From Ginglymostoma cirratum (lineage: Eukaryota): 64,000 nt of DNA. The notes under the pieces are model-generated. The model did no database searches, was not told where the DNA came from, and saw only the letters and a list, made by a program, of their open reading frames with translations. The translations under genes and the position numbers were made by a program. The stretch lies in NCBI GenBank assembly GCA_024137785.1, contig JAHRHZ010000222.1:36399197-36463196 (forward strand), in the 5' to 3' direction. Position 1 is the stretch's first letter, and every line of letters starts with the position of its first letter. Below, piece after piece: positions 22,901 through 35,995 of this stretch.

Positions 22901-23904
22901 GCTTGTTGTAAAACCCAGAGAGGATGCCGTGCTCGAATTAACAGTTCCTGCATTGCAGGAAGTGCAACGATGTGTAAAATTAAATGCAGCTGTCGAAAAG
23001 GGGAAAAAAAGATCACTCCAATAAAAGAAATGCACTGTTCAAGGCAAATACCTGCGGTTTCATGACGAGAAAGATTATGCGACCTTTATGGGGACTCATA
23101 GATCTTTAGTTCCGAAAGGGACCGAGACAGTGTTCCATGGGAATGTAGTAAAGTCAAAAGCATTATTGGAACAGGACTTTTAGTGTTTATTTCACCCAAC
23201 ATCCCTGCAACTGATTGGCCTGGTAATAGCAAAGCAAACATGAAAATGTGGTATAGATTTTTAGCCTCATTAAGGAAGCGCTCACCATTTAACGTCAGTC
23301 AATCAATTATAATCAAGAGTAAAGACACACGGCAAAATTATAAAAACACTGGCCCAGTGATATTGGAAATGAGGAGATCGCTCTGCGTTACGCATTCCAT
23401 CGGCGGTGAAATCTTTTAAAATCAACTTTGCGTTTTAGCAGCAAGGTTGACCTGCAAAGTGAATCGAACTAGCAGGAGGGCGGGACGTCTTAAATGTTCC
23501 CATTTTTAAAGCGGTTGGCTTAAACATGCGCGTTGTAAGATGGAACAAATGATTACGTTTCAATAAAATCAAACATTTCCTTCGTATGTCTCTTGTAGCT
23601 TAACGTAGTATTTCACCGATCACCTAGATAGCTCCGTTTGAAATTAACATACCAACCAAATGTAACCTGTGGCTGTTAGGAAGTGTTCAGCCGGCACCTT
23701 GCTGTTTGCTCCAAATTCAAACAGGCAACATTTCTCAAAAGCGTTCAACAGGCTTGGGGAGTAGCGATCTCATGCATAATACTCATGCGCGGGATCTAGG
23801 GGATAGCAAACGAGACAAGACGTGAAATGTCTCTGAAATCGTGGGTCTACATAAAATGCACGATTCCCTTCTTAAAGATCTCCAGGTTTCTAAATTGATC
23901 GGAT

Positions 23905-23934
23905 TATATATATAATATATACTATATATATATA
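23905..23934. repeat. Interrupted (AT)n microsatellite
   Basis: Direct reading. Confidence 0.8.
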
Positions 23935-26140
23935 AACTAATTGTGATTTCACCACCCATTAATATTCGAAAATGACAGCCCACTGTTGTCCGACAGCAGC
24001 TATAAAACACCATCCATTTTGGCCGTACTCCAGTAATAAAAGTGCACGTTGTTTTTTAGTTGGAATTGCAACCGCATATTGTCTTCCCCAGCTGGATGCA
24101 GCCTGTAAATCGCGGACTACTTTCCAGCGTGGTGCCATAGTTCTTGAACTCTTACATGGCCGCTGGCATGAACACCGCTTTCGTTGCCACTAACGATAAA
24201 CCCTTTTAAGTTTATTCTATATCCCAGACCACTCCACGGTTTAATAAACTTGGACCGACTGGCGACAGTCATTACAATACAATTTGTAGTGCAATCGAAA
24301 ATATTCTACATTTGAAAGAAAATGGGAAGTCAGAACCAGTTCATGAGAAATAATTTCCACCAGCGATGTCGCATCAACAGTAATCAATCAACCTAACAAT
24401 TGTTTTGTTTCAGCAAACCTTCTAATTCTATAAGTAGAACTCAACTTTCACAATTATCAACGTTTTACCCTGGCTCTAGTAGATCTCAACCGCTTCGACA
24501 CAATGCAGCCTGTTACACGTCTTATTCACTTGATTATGAATGCATTTTATATAAAACACGTACAGTACACGCACACAGGTAGTGGCTTAGCAACTAATTT
24601 CACAGATAAGAAAAAAAAGCAAATATGCAGCACAAAAGCAATTATCAGGGCTAAAGCCCAGCTCCTCCCATCAATAGTGACTGAAGGACGGAAGGAGCCT
24701 GATCTAATCGATACTGTAATTAAAGATCCTATGAAGCGACCAGAGAGTGAGGAGCACGCAAAGAATTTATAATCCTGTCCCCGTGAGCACTTTATGAAGG
24801 AAAATCATTGGGAAAAGCTCCCACTGTCTCCTTCGATGTCAATACTGTGCGAACAGCAAGCAGGAGACAGCTCGAAAAGGCCGTCAATAAGATCAGCTTG
24901 CTTTTTCTTCCACAGAAACAGCATCAAGGAATTATTTCCAAAGGAAAGGGGGCGTTTAAGCGAAAGGCATTTGTCCAATTCCCCCACGACCCCTGCTCGC
25001 ACACGGCAGCGAAAATACCTCGATCAATTGGGTCAATATTAAAACGCAGTTTGATTAAGTTGCCAAACATCCTGCACAATCTACTGGTTACTACAACTCT
25101 TGGGGAAGAATCTCTTTAACCAAGGGACGAATATTTAACTCTCAAAATACTCATCCTACATTAGTCTACAACACGCAAGTGCATGGAGATTTTACTTTGG
25201 GGCACGACGTTGCTCAGCAGTCTTCGCTTTCGAACGGAGTAGATGGCCAATCGGTATCAAGAGGCTCTGCACATCAAGTTCGGAACCTGGTAGTTTAAGT
25301 TGACAGCATTTGGTCATAATTACCAAAATACTTTTTTTAAGAAAACGTGTATAACGAATTTCAGCTGATGCTGTGGTTTTTTTTTTAAAATGTATTTAAT
25401 CGATTTACCATTGCTGAGCCTAGTCCAGAGTTGCTTAGTGGTGAGTCGTCTTTACATAAATCAGGTTACCCAGTCTTTAACCAACGCAGTGCCACTTTTT
25501 AAACAGAATCATCCATTGGAATGACATAATTACGCACTATTGTTTTAACGACTGTAATATTTCAGAAACTACTCAGATCAGTAGTTGCCAATAAACCTGG
25601 CGAATTAAGCATATCGGTCTTTAGAAGGGGTACTTACCGAGTTTAGAAAATAGGCAAATTGACAGAACTCCAAAATAAGGTTTTTCAAGAAAGAAAGCAA
25701 AAATACACACGCATCAAGGATGGCTGTTGCAAAACTCATGTATTTGATTAAATGAGTAAGAATTACAGTACCTCAGCTGTTAGTAGGTATTAAATTTTAG
25801 TGAAACTGGATTGTTTCTTCCAGCTTTCCAAGAAAGTGCATATATCAGTCACAAGGGTTTTTCATACCTAATACAAAATTATTACACAATAAAACACTAT
25901 CTCTCGTCGGTTGGTGAAGATGAAGCTTTGTCTTAAGCAACTTACCGGTACAGTATATACATTAATGATTTCCCCTAGACATATGTCATTATGATATATA
26001 TATACACACACAAGACATAATCTACAATAGCTCCATATTACTCCCTTCAAAATTGTTCAAAAGATGCATTTACGTAGCAGCAATGTGAAAGTCCAGCACA
26101 TTTCTTCTTCTATACTAAATATACCTATGGGGCAGAAATC

Positions 26141-26146
26141 TTTATT
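26141..26146 (-). terminator. Candidate SALL1 polyadenylation signal AATAAA
   Basis: TTTATT on the + strand, about 700 nt downstream of the stop codon. Confidence 0.5.
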
Positions 26147-26840
26147 GTATTTAAAGGTACAATAACAGGAGTTTCCTTCTATGACCATCGTGCTTATTAT
26201 TTCACTGAAACTCATCAACATTTAAGATGACGTAAGTGAAAAGCACAGTACAAAGAACCATTTAGAACAGAAATGGTTTAACCTACAAAAAAAACTTGCA
26301 ATTTCACTTGGTGTTAAAAACAGTAAAGGGTAAACTGCTTACAGAGCAACAGCATCGACATTCAATTTGAAGTCTGCACTTTACAGTTATTTTGTTAATG
26401 GAAGGTATGACTGAACAGTTAACTGATTGTGAATACTGTAGCAGACTACCAAAACTTTACATTATATATACAGATCTTTCTTATTGAGGAATGGTCTTTT
26501 GAGGCATTGTACCAATGCCAGTCATGTCAAAACTAGATTACTCACAAATCATAAAATAAGTTAATGCAAGGGCAAAAATCACCTAACAGAATAGATCTGC
26601 AAATGCTAGGAAACTTACATGTTTAAAGCACTCTAGTCCATTAGTATATAGGCCAAGATGCTGAAGACCAGTAGTTTACATTTGCAACTTGTTTGCAAAG
26701 CAAAGTTATCACTAATAAATAAGTTTTTCATACAGCACTAAAAGTTAGGCATTGTACAAAAGGTGTTCTCACAACACTTTGGTCCATTGGCCTGAAAGAC
26801 GTCCCAGATTATTTCCATTGTTGGAATGTTGACTGTCACT

Positions 26841-27281
26841 TCAGTTTGATACAATTTCTTTGTTGTCTTCCACCAAGTGGGTGAATTTATGGTTCGTTCC
26901 ATTTTCAGTGGCTGACATTTTCTCCAGACCAGCTAGAGGTGCACTGGGTTCAGTATTGTGAAGCTTCTCCATGCTTCCTGTTAAACCACTGATTGGCGAG
27001 CTGCCACCATTTCCCAGACTAGCGGGGTTTGGAGGAAGTCCACCATTCTGAATCACTGATATCTCATTGGTCTTCATTGCTAAGCCATTTGTTAGTGCTG
27101 CTGTGTACTGGTTCCAAAATGAAGAAGGGTCTCCATCGCGAGCCCGAACAGCCAAATCTTTCTGAAGCATTTCTGTGAATTTAATGGGATTTCCACTTAG
27201 GAATGCCATAGGACCATCTACTGAAAGACGCCGTCCTCGCCTCGCAGGGGCACTGTTCCACATGTGTGTCCCCATATGAAC
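26841..27281 (-). CDS. SALL1: Sal-like protein 1, exon 3 (completes the last zinc finger; C-terminus ...EDNKEIVSN*)
   Basis: Acceptor TTGACATTATAG|GTT CAT ATG, phase 0. [20 protein letters not shown] and [27 protein letters not shown] are SALL hallmarks, and the KEIV terminus is SALL1-type. Confidence 0.95.
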   Translation of the reverse strand, partial: VHMGTHMWNSAPARRGRRLSVDGPMAFLSGNPIKFTEMLQKDLAVRARDGDPSSFWNQYTAALTNGLAMKTNEISVIQNGGLPPNPASLGNGGSSPISGLTGSMEKLHNTEPSAPLAGLEKMSATENGTNHKFTHLVEDNKEIVSN

Positions 27282-28852
27282 CTATAATGTCAAAATCAGA
27301 AGGATTAAGTTAGATTTACAACTACACATGAATTGGGTACCAATAAAGACATTGCCAGGTTCAATCTATGGAAGCTGCAAAGAAAAATGTGTGCACTTCG
27401 GGCCCTGGTCAGTAACTGGTCTGCATGCAGCTAAGGCTGCTGCATCCAATTTCCTTGTGATAACTCATATTATATCCAACATCACTAACTTTGTGAATAA
27501 ACATCTTTATTAGACAGAGATAAAATATCTTTAACCTGACAGTCTTGATTGCTCACCAGAGACAAGCGGTGAAGGTTATTATTCCTCTCATATTACATGG
27601 GCAATCCCAAGAGTAATAATTGCCAGAGGAATTTGGCACAAGAATGTGGTTATCGATAGCTCCTTAAAGTAAATACTAAACAAAAGTACATTTAATTTTT
27701 TGAGTCTTTTTTTTCAAACTTTCCGAAAATCCATTTTCTACAAGTGATCAGTTAATCATCAGGATGTAAAATACATCAAATTTATTTATTGTGTGCAAGA
27801 AATCATTGTTTCAAAAATCACTTGCATACAATTTAAGCATACTGCAATATTTCAATAAAAATGAACAGCACTTTGATAATTCTGGAATAATGTAGATTTT
27901 CACATTTTATCTCTCTAAGATCACCCATTAATTACAATTATATAACTTATTACCTCATTCCCTGACTCTTCCACTGCCCAATCAAAACCTTACCTCTCAC
28001 AGGAAACACAATACTACCTCTGGACATCTCTACCATCTCTCTATTGTGTAGATTTTTGCAATATGCAGATATCGCTGAACATCAGCAGGCTCTTGGTCAA
28101 CCCATAAGTTCATAGACTGTACTGATAAAACCAACCTAAGCCAGAGGCCAAGTGCTAATGCTGGACAAGCTGGTATCAATCTCAGGATACTAATCCAAAC
28201 CAGAATTCTATATTAGGAGATGCCAATGATCCTGCTTGTACTTATAAACTTGTCAAATGATCACCTTGAAAACAATTTGCCCATGTAGTCACACAAATGA
28301 TTGAAAAAAGGTACAGTCACTACATAAAGTGCTAAGGTATGCGGGACTCATTTAATGGTTTGGCATTTCTTTGGATCTTTGTGTTGAAACAAACCACAAT
28401 AGATTCTGGATCACAGATATTTAAATATGCATTGCCAAGCATTTATTATTTTTTATATCCATGCTCCTCTTCCTTGTGATTCATATAATACCTAAATATA
28501 CTCAGTATTACTGACCCTAATATAGGCTAATAAGAAAATTACTGTTCTGAAGTAAATGTAGGAATATATGCTTCAGATTTCAAAGGCTTTAAAGGAAGTT
28601 AAGGGGATTCATAGTTATAGCTACTGTTTTCGTTAAATATATGTAGAATTGAATTTTGTTTAACAAAGCAAAACTACATGATGTATCTTGCATCAGGTAA
28701 AATAGTGTACACAGCTCATTTGTTCTCACCTTCTCATGCATTTAAATATCACTGGACAATATCACTAATTACCGCTCTGCTTCTATTTAAGTTTGTTTCT
28801 AAAAGTGCCTGCATAGGTTTAATACATTTAGGAAGATAATGTTGGAAAATAC

Positions 28853-31800
28853 CTTCAGGTTGCCTTTGGTGGTAAAAGCTCTTCCACATATAGTACAGGC
28901 AAATGGTTTTTCTCCAGTATGTGTTCTCTCATGTATCTGCAGAGCGCTGGATGAGGAGAATGTTTTACCACATGCTGTGCAGTAATGCTGCTTCGGAGTT
29001 CTTCTCTGTGGTGCTGGCAGGACAGGTGAGATAGCAGATGTCGACAGTGGCCCTGATGAAATAAGGCTAGCAGGTGGATCTTTACCATCCTGGGAACACC
29101 CATGCATGAAACCATTGACCTCAGTTTTGATTAGCGATGTCAAACTGTTAGCAGCCACATTTGAAGAGCTCTGATTAGGACCTACATTAGTGTTGTTGGG
29201 TTCAAACAGTTGAGATGGAAGGTCCCGCATCTGATGTGTCAACATATGCTGCTTCAAATTACCCTTAGTGGAAAAGCCACGATTGCATACTGTGCAAATA
29301 TATGGACGCTCTTTGGTATGGCTTCTGTAATGAATGTCCAAGGCACTCTGACAAGCAAATGCTTTGCCACAGATATCACAAGATGTATTCCTCAACTTAC
29401 CCCGATCTCGAGTGGGAAATAGCATGTTTAAAGCATCATCTTTAATTATTCGTTCTGCATTACTGGAAGTCAGGTCTAAGGCACCACCATTGGTGGTTGC
29501 TGGAGACACTGAATTAGATAAATCTGATAGTAAAGTTCTGTGTTGTCTCTCTTCACAGCTTGGTGATTTTGACCTACGACTATCTGTGTTGCTGTTGGTT
29601 GGGGATGGAGCCTGCATGGAAGAGGTAGATTCTGAAATGGCAGGACTTCCAGCACTTTGGCTCTCCATATCCCCGATCATTGAAAAAGAGTCACTAGTCA
29701 GTTGGTCTCCATCAGCTGATCCATTCTCACCTGACCTGAGGCTTGCTTGGAGTTGCTCAACAAGACCAGCATTGATCATTTTCATTTGATTCTCAAGAGC
29801 TACAATACTGGATATTTCTGATGGCAATGGAGATGGAGATAAACTGCCTTGAGATGCCTCCGCAGATTTGGGTGTATCTGGTACGCTACTATCAGGACAA
29901 TCTTCCATATTCTCATCTGAATACTCATCTATATCATCAAAATTTTTGTCTTCAAATGAAGCTGTGTCAGATTCCATAGATTCAGGATAGTTGTCAGCAA
30001 CTGGAGTATTTGGAATCTGGCCTCCCATATGCATTCTAATATGTTGCTGCAATACAACAGCATTTGTGAATTTCTTCTGGCAGATCGGACAAGAATGTTG
30101 AACTCTCAATGGCGGCATGGCACGATGAACACCATAATGGGTCTTCAGGTTTCCCTTAGTAGTGAATGCACGACCACAGACTTTGCATTTGAAGGGCCTT
30201 TCACCAGTATGTGTACGATAATGCATCTTCAGTGCACTATGGCAACTAAGAACACGATGGCAAATGACACACTGGTTTGGGTCCGTCATCTTCCTGTCAA
30301 TATTTTCTACTAACTGTTGCAACTTTGAAGTTTCTGATGCCTGTAAAGTATCTAAGAGACCTCCAAATGGAAACTTTGACTTAAACTGTTCTGACATAAG
30401 TGGTATAAGTGGGCTTGTAAAAGCAGAAGTAGTACTTAGACCTGAATCAGATGCACTTGAACTGACAGGGACAGCCAAGCTGGTGACAGAATTAACAGAT
30501 TGTATGTTTTCATCTAGTTTACCATTTGAGGTAGGTGAAGCACTCTCTTCCACTTCATCCAAATCATTAGCATTTTTCACAGAGGGTTCTGTTGTCCCCA
30601 AGTCACTCTTGACTGAGCCAGGAGGGCTACAAGAAGACTGGTTAACTGAAACAGACTGACACTCCTCTGATTTGATAATAGCAGACAAACCTGATATGGT
30701 TGATGGGAGTGGTAGACCCACAGAAGTGGTCAAGGTTGGTAATACAGGCTTACTATCCAGCCAACTTGTTATAGGTTTTTCAGGTGGTATAGACATTCCA
30801 TACGGAATACCAGTATTTGTTGGAACATTGTCTAAATGTTCTGGAACTGGATAGGGGTTCATATGAATATGGGGATATTTTTCTCTGTGCCTCTGAAAGT
30901 GAACCTTCAAATTTCCTTTTGTGGAAAATCTGTTACCGCAAATGTTGCATTTATATGGTCTCTCACCAGTATGGGAGCGCAAATGAATCTGCAAGGCACT
31001 GTCACTTCCAAACACTTTAGCACAGAACCTGCACTTATGTTTAAAGAAAGCCTCATCAGAGCTGCTTTTAGTCTCAAATACTACCACATTTGGTGGCTTG
31101 CCTTTCCTTTGATTTACCAGAGCTGTCATTGAGCCAAGGTTTCCTGAAGTCGTTTCAATGCTTGAAAGAGGAGTGGAAAACACAGAAGTGGACGTGGAGG
31201 TTTGAGGTAGCAGTGAGCTGGACAAACTGGACACAGGACTTAGTAAACTGCTAATTCCAAGAGCTGGTGTGGACACTGTAGATACCGAAGGACTGATTAA
31301 CTGAGAACCACTAATGGTATTTGTAGATACACTTTCAGAGGGCTGTATGGTACTAGGCAATGAGGATGTGTTTACTTTTGGAGAACTACTGCCAGGCTGA
31401 GCTACGGTGCTTCCAAGGCTGCTCTGAGGTAGATGAAGTTGCTTTCCACCATTGATGCTGGCAGATTGGCTAGCAAGGCTCTGTGCTAGCCCAGCTGCAG
31501 CAGCAAGCTGCTGAGATAGATGTGAACTAAGTGTAGTTAATGGATTAACAGCAGTTCCTATAGTACCTTGGGAAGAGTTGACTGGTGGTGGAATATCTGC
31601 ATTTTGGGAAGCCAACAGGATTATCTGGTGACGGATTTGTTCAATAAGCTGTAACTGATGAATCTGTTGTTGCTGCAAAGCCAGTAGTTGTTCCATAAGT
31701 GCTGGAACAGCAACTTTACTGTTTGACGCACTATTAGATCTTGTTTCCTGGGAGAACTGGGCTACGGCCACTTTAGTACTTTGAAGATTTTCAATGATCA

Positions 31801-32271
31801 CATTACTGTTTAACATTGAGAAATTTCCCAGAGCTGTTAGATCACCTATATGAGGTAGAGGTGTTGTGACAGCTGAGGTACCCATTGTGGGATAATTACT
31901 GCTTGTATTACTATTGTTATTACTGTTAGAACTGCTAATGTTATTGTTGCTAGTGATGCTGGAAGTGTCCACCTCCATGGATTCTTCCTGGTCAATTTTT
32001 TTATGCTCTACAAGGTCATTGCAGTCTGCATGACTTATATTATTAATTTTGTCATTTGCTTCTTCAACAGGATGTTCAGGAGATCTTGGAGAAGAGGCTT
32101 CTGAAGGAGCTGTTGAATTCTCATTTACAATCAGAACCAATTGTTTCTTAGTGCAATTTTTCTTGTGATGGAGGAAATCAGGCAGTTCAAAGAACTCAGC
32201 ACAACATCGGCCACAGACATGCGCATCCCCATTCTTAATGATTCGTTCTTCATGTCCTTCTCGTGGAGTTC
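28853..32271 (-). CDS. SALL1: Sal-like protein 1, exon 2 (C2HC finger, Q-rich helix, four C2H2 finger clusters with SAL boxes)
   Basis: Acceptor TTTTCTAG|GA ACT (phase 1), open for 3419 nt to donor AAG|GTATTT. Encodes [71 protein letters not shown] and F(S/T)TKGNLK x4. The sequence is SALL1-like rather than SALL3- or SALL4-like. Confidence 0.96.
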
Positions 32272-35200
32272 CTAGAAAATCAAAGGGACATGAGATTAGT
32301 CAACACGCAGACAGTAGATCCCTCACCAAATCAGTACATGAACTACATGAACAGAATAAGCAAGGTGGAAAAAAATCAATGTTTGAACATCATAGTTATT
32401 ACTTAGAATGAAAATCTGCAAAGCTTGCAACTGGATTCCATCATTCAGTAAATCTCAGTGAATCATGTCGCTCAGACAATCCATCAAAATATAAATTTCT
32501 CCAAATTAAATACATTGGATCTTAATGAAATTCCATAGAAAATATTGATTTCCAATATTTCATACATATCATCTCCTTGTCCATCGGGTGCAAATCAAAC
32601 ATTTGAGGACTTGTTAGACTCTCGAATAACTGTCAACTTTTTTCATTTCTAGCAGAACAAGAGAGGTTTTTGACAGTTCACTCCCTGCCACAAAACCAAT
32701 TTGTAAATCATTCAGATTCCTATCACTATATGACAGGAGAAAAAAAGACTATGTCACCTGCCTGCAGAGAAGTGATATTGAGGTGTAATATCTAAATGTT
32801 CCATGGATTCTATACATACTCTAAAATTACACCAGCAGATGGTTAAGTCCAAAATAATGCAGAAAATATGTTCAAAATTGTATTTTCAATGTGTAATAAA
32901 ATATGCCTGCAATTAACCCCTTAAAAAATGAATACAAAAAGCTAGATTGAATGTTCCAAATAACACCTTTTAAAGCATTTTGTCATATTTCCAGGATTGA
33001 TTTTTGACAACCAATTTGCAGGACCTCTGAAATTTCAAAATTGTTACTCTATTATTTAACTTTCCTAGTTATTGTTGAGTACGGCAGCATATGGTGACGA
33101 ATTTTTGGAAGGCTAACAGACCTTATATATCTATTTCTGGATTTACTCTGGTAGCTGAACACATTTGGTGAACACACTGGGTACCAATTTAAAAATCTAC
33201 AGTATTTACATTGTTGTGGACCTCTGACCTTTCAAATCCAACAATACAGGTACAGGGAAGGGACACCAGTGTTACAACTAATTCACCACACTCCTGCCCT
33301 TTACTGTTTGGTGATATGAAAAGAGATCAAAGACTGCATCCATATTTCTCACAGGATAATAGTAAAACTGGTACAACATTCATACTTGAGAAATGGTTGC
33401 CATGTTGGAATGTGAAGTGAGAATTTCTGGGCTTACTCCAAAGCAATTTATATTGTAAGTTAAGTTCCAGGCTATTAAAAAGCATTTAAATGCATATGTG
33501 TTAAGATGAAATTAGAAATTTTTGTTACTAGGTTATAAATGATATTTTTTCTTTGAGGGTATTTACTCACAGAGAGTTTCGTGTAATAAAACTTAACTTT
33601 TTATAATTTAATGAGAAGAAAAGCAAGTACCTGCATTTATATATTTCCCGTTGTGAACTCAGGATAACCCAAAATGCTTTGGAGCAAATGAAGTACTTTG
33701 GAAACATAATTATTTTTGTGATGTTTTGATACTACAAACTCTTTTAAAATAGATTTCAGTAAGCATTCAAAAAAAGTAAATTGATAATAGTTCCAAGGTA
33801 ACTTACTAAATATTTTTAAAAGCATGAAACAAATTAGAGCTACATATCATTAAGTAAATGCTAAACTGAAATCAAGAAACCTATCTATTGAATTGTTCAG
33901 TGTAATACTGATGCACCATCTACAAGTTGCTCATTTCCTTAGTTACATGACTAGAAGGTACAACAGGAAAACAAAACCATGTGGAAAGCAACCCCCAATC
34001 CTCAAATAATATTGTACTCAAGATGATGAGAGATGTAGAATGGTATAGTTTACAACTGATTTGGACGCTGTGCACTCAGACATAAAGTAAATCTCATTTT
34101 TCTTCACACTGAATGATAAGTACCTCTGAGTGCTAGGTATAACAAAATTTCTCATATTTAAGAGGATTACTTTATGATTTGACAGGCCCAGCTGAGAAGA
34201 AATCTTCCTCCATTGTGTTTGAACATACCAAACATAGAAAATAACCTTAGTGTATTAATATGAGATTTAGATTGTCCCATGTCAATGATCTCTACCACCA
34301 CAACAATATGTAGACGAGAGGTTCCTGGCCACGAAGTCATGGCTATGAAAAATAGTGACAAAAAAAATTCAATCTAGCTCGATGGCAAGACATTAGTTCT
34401 GTTAATATTGAATGGATTGCCCCCCTGACTGATAAGTTTCTGGTCCCCAAACACTTAAGAATTTACTGAGCTACAGATAATATGGAATATATAGATACTT
34501 ACAAAGACACACACACAAAGACACATAATGCTCAAACACAGTATAAAGAAAAATACATTTTCAATTATATGCAATTTCAAACCATTAGTTTTTTTGCATT
34601 GTACCAATATAATAATCTATGTGCTTCAATTGTTTAAAAAAAGACCTTAAATCTGTAGGAAAATGTTCTACATGATATAGACTGTACACAAATGTTCAGA
34701 GCATGTAAATTAAGGATATGTAAAATGAATGTCCTTAAAGATGACTGCTGAAGCAAAGATAATAGAAAAGGTTGTTCTATGCAGTGACTGACCTAATCTT
34801 GAGTATTAAATTGCTCAAACTGGTTCAAAGAAGCTTTGCAGGTTAATGGGCTATACAGTACTTCCCAGGGCCAGATTCTGGAATGATTTTTCACAAAACA
34901 AAATGTAGGCTGTGCAGTTGGGATTACTTGTGTTAATTTGAAACATTTAATGCAAAATCTGATTTATAGATAACCAAATTGTCCCCATTCAGACCTTTCA
35001 CTGAAAGATCTTTTTACTTCCTTTTTCATTCGCACTGTTACTTGCATTTCTAGTCACACTGAGGATTAATTTGCAAATCAAACAAAAAATTTCAGCCCTC
35101 TAACCTACTTCATCCTTTTCAAGGACAGGATGGCTCCCTATTGTTTGCTCAGCATGAGGACAGCAACTTCTGTCTCACAATGGTGTGTGGTCATCAGGGA

Positions 35201-35973
35201 AGGCCCAGAAAGCTGATCTTGTTTAATTCAGGGATTATCTCTCTGCATGTTTCCCTTTACTACAGAATTAGATAATAGAAAGTTGCCATGACATCAGAAT
35301 CCAAGTCCATAGCAAAGCAAAGGGACAATTAATTCCAGATATTGGGGAGATCATCTGAAATAATGTGGTTCAATTGCCACACTGCTCAAGTGTTCCTGGG
35401 CTACATTCAGAACAATGGTCGCTAATGTCATCTCCTGCCGTACATTCAGTTTAATACCTACAAAGTTGTAATTCTGTGACCTGCTGAGCTCTACTTTTAA
35501 ATGCAGTTTTAGAAGTTATTTGCATATTGCTGCGCACAGTCAGATCAAAAATGACTATAATTCTATGTATTCCATGTACATTTTGTTTGCCACAGATAAT
35601 AAGAAATATCCAAGGTTATTCCTCTATGATATTTCTGCAACCAAATTATTAAACATGTTAAGTTAATTATTATTCATGTCAAGTTTAAAAAAGAAGCTTG
35701 GAAGCTGAAGTCTGTAGGAAAGAAATCAAAATGTGATGACTCCAAGGAACATGAAAGTAGCAAGTGAATGATTTATCTGGCATCTGGCTCATTTTTGAAG
35801 TTTTTAAACACACAGAGCCATCTGCGCTTAAGGAAATGACATTTGAGATATGATGGATTTTTCTAAATTACTGGTTCATCTGTTGAATAAATTAAACACG
35901 GATGTTCATGCTATAGTTTGCCCAATAAATATTTGTGAAGTAATGACAAATTTCTCAAACACATTTATTTGGA

Positions 35974-35995
35974 ACACACACACACACACACACAC
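35974..35995. repeat. (CA)n microsatellite in SALL1 intron 1
   Basis: Direct reading. Confidence 0.9.

Noticed and set aside
26376-26383. GCACTTTA as a miR-17 family site in the SALL1 3' UTR
   Set aside because: It is on the + strand; the mRNA reads UAAAGUGC, the wrong orientation for a target site.
29210-31132. Plus-strand ORFs of 60-141 aa
   Set aside because: Antisense shadows of SALL1 exon 2 with no independent coding signal.
28799-32140. The 1113-aa ORF as a complete single-exon protein
   Set aside because: It starts at a TTG inside exon 2 and runs past the donor at 28852 into intron 2 ([17 protein letters not shown]), truncating the last finger. The spliced three-exon model is complete and in phase.
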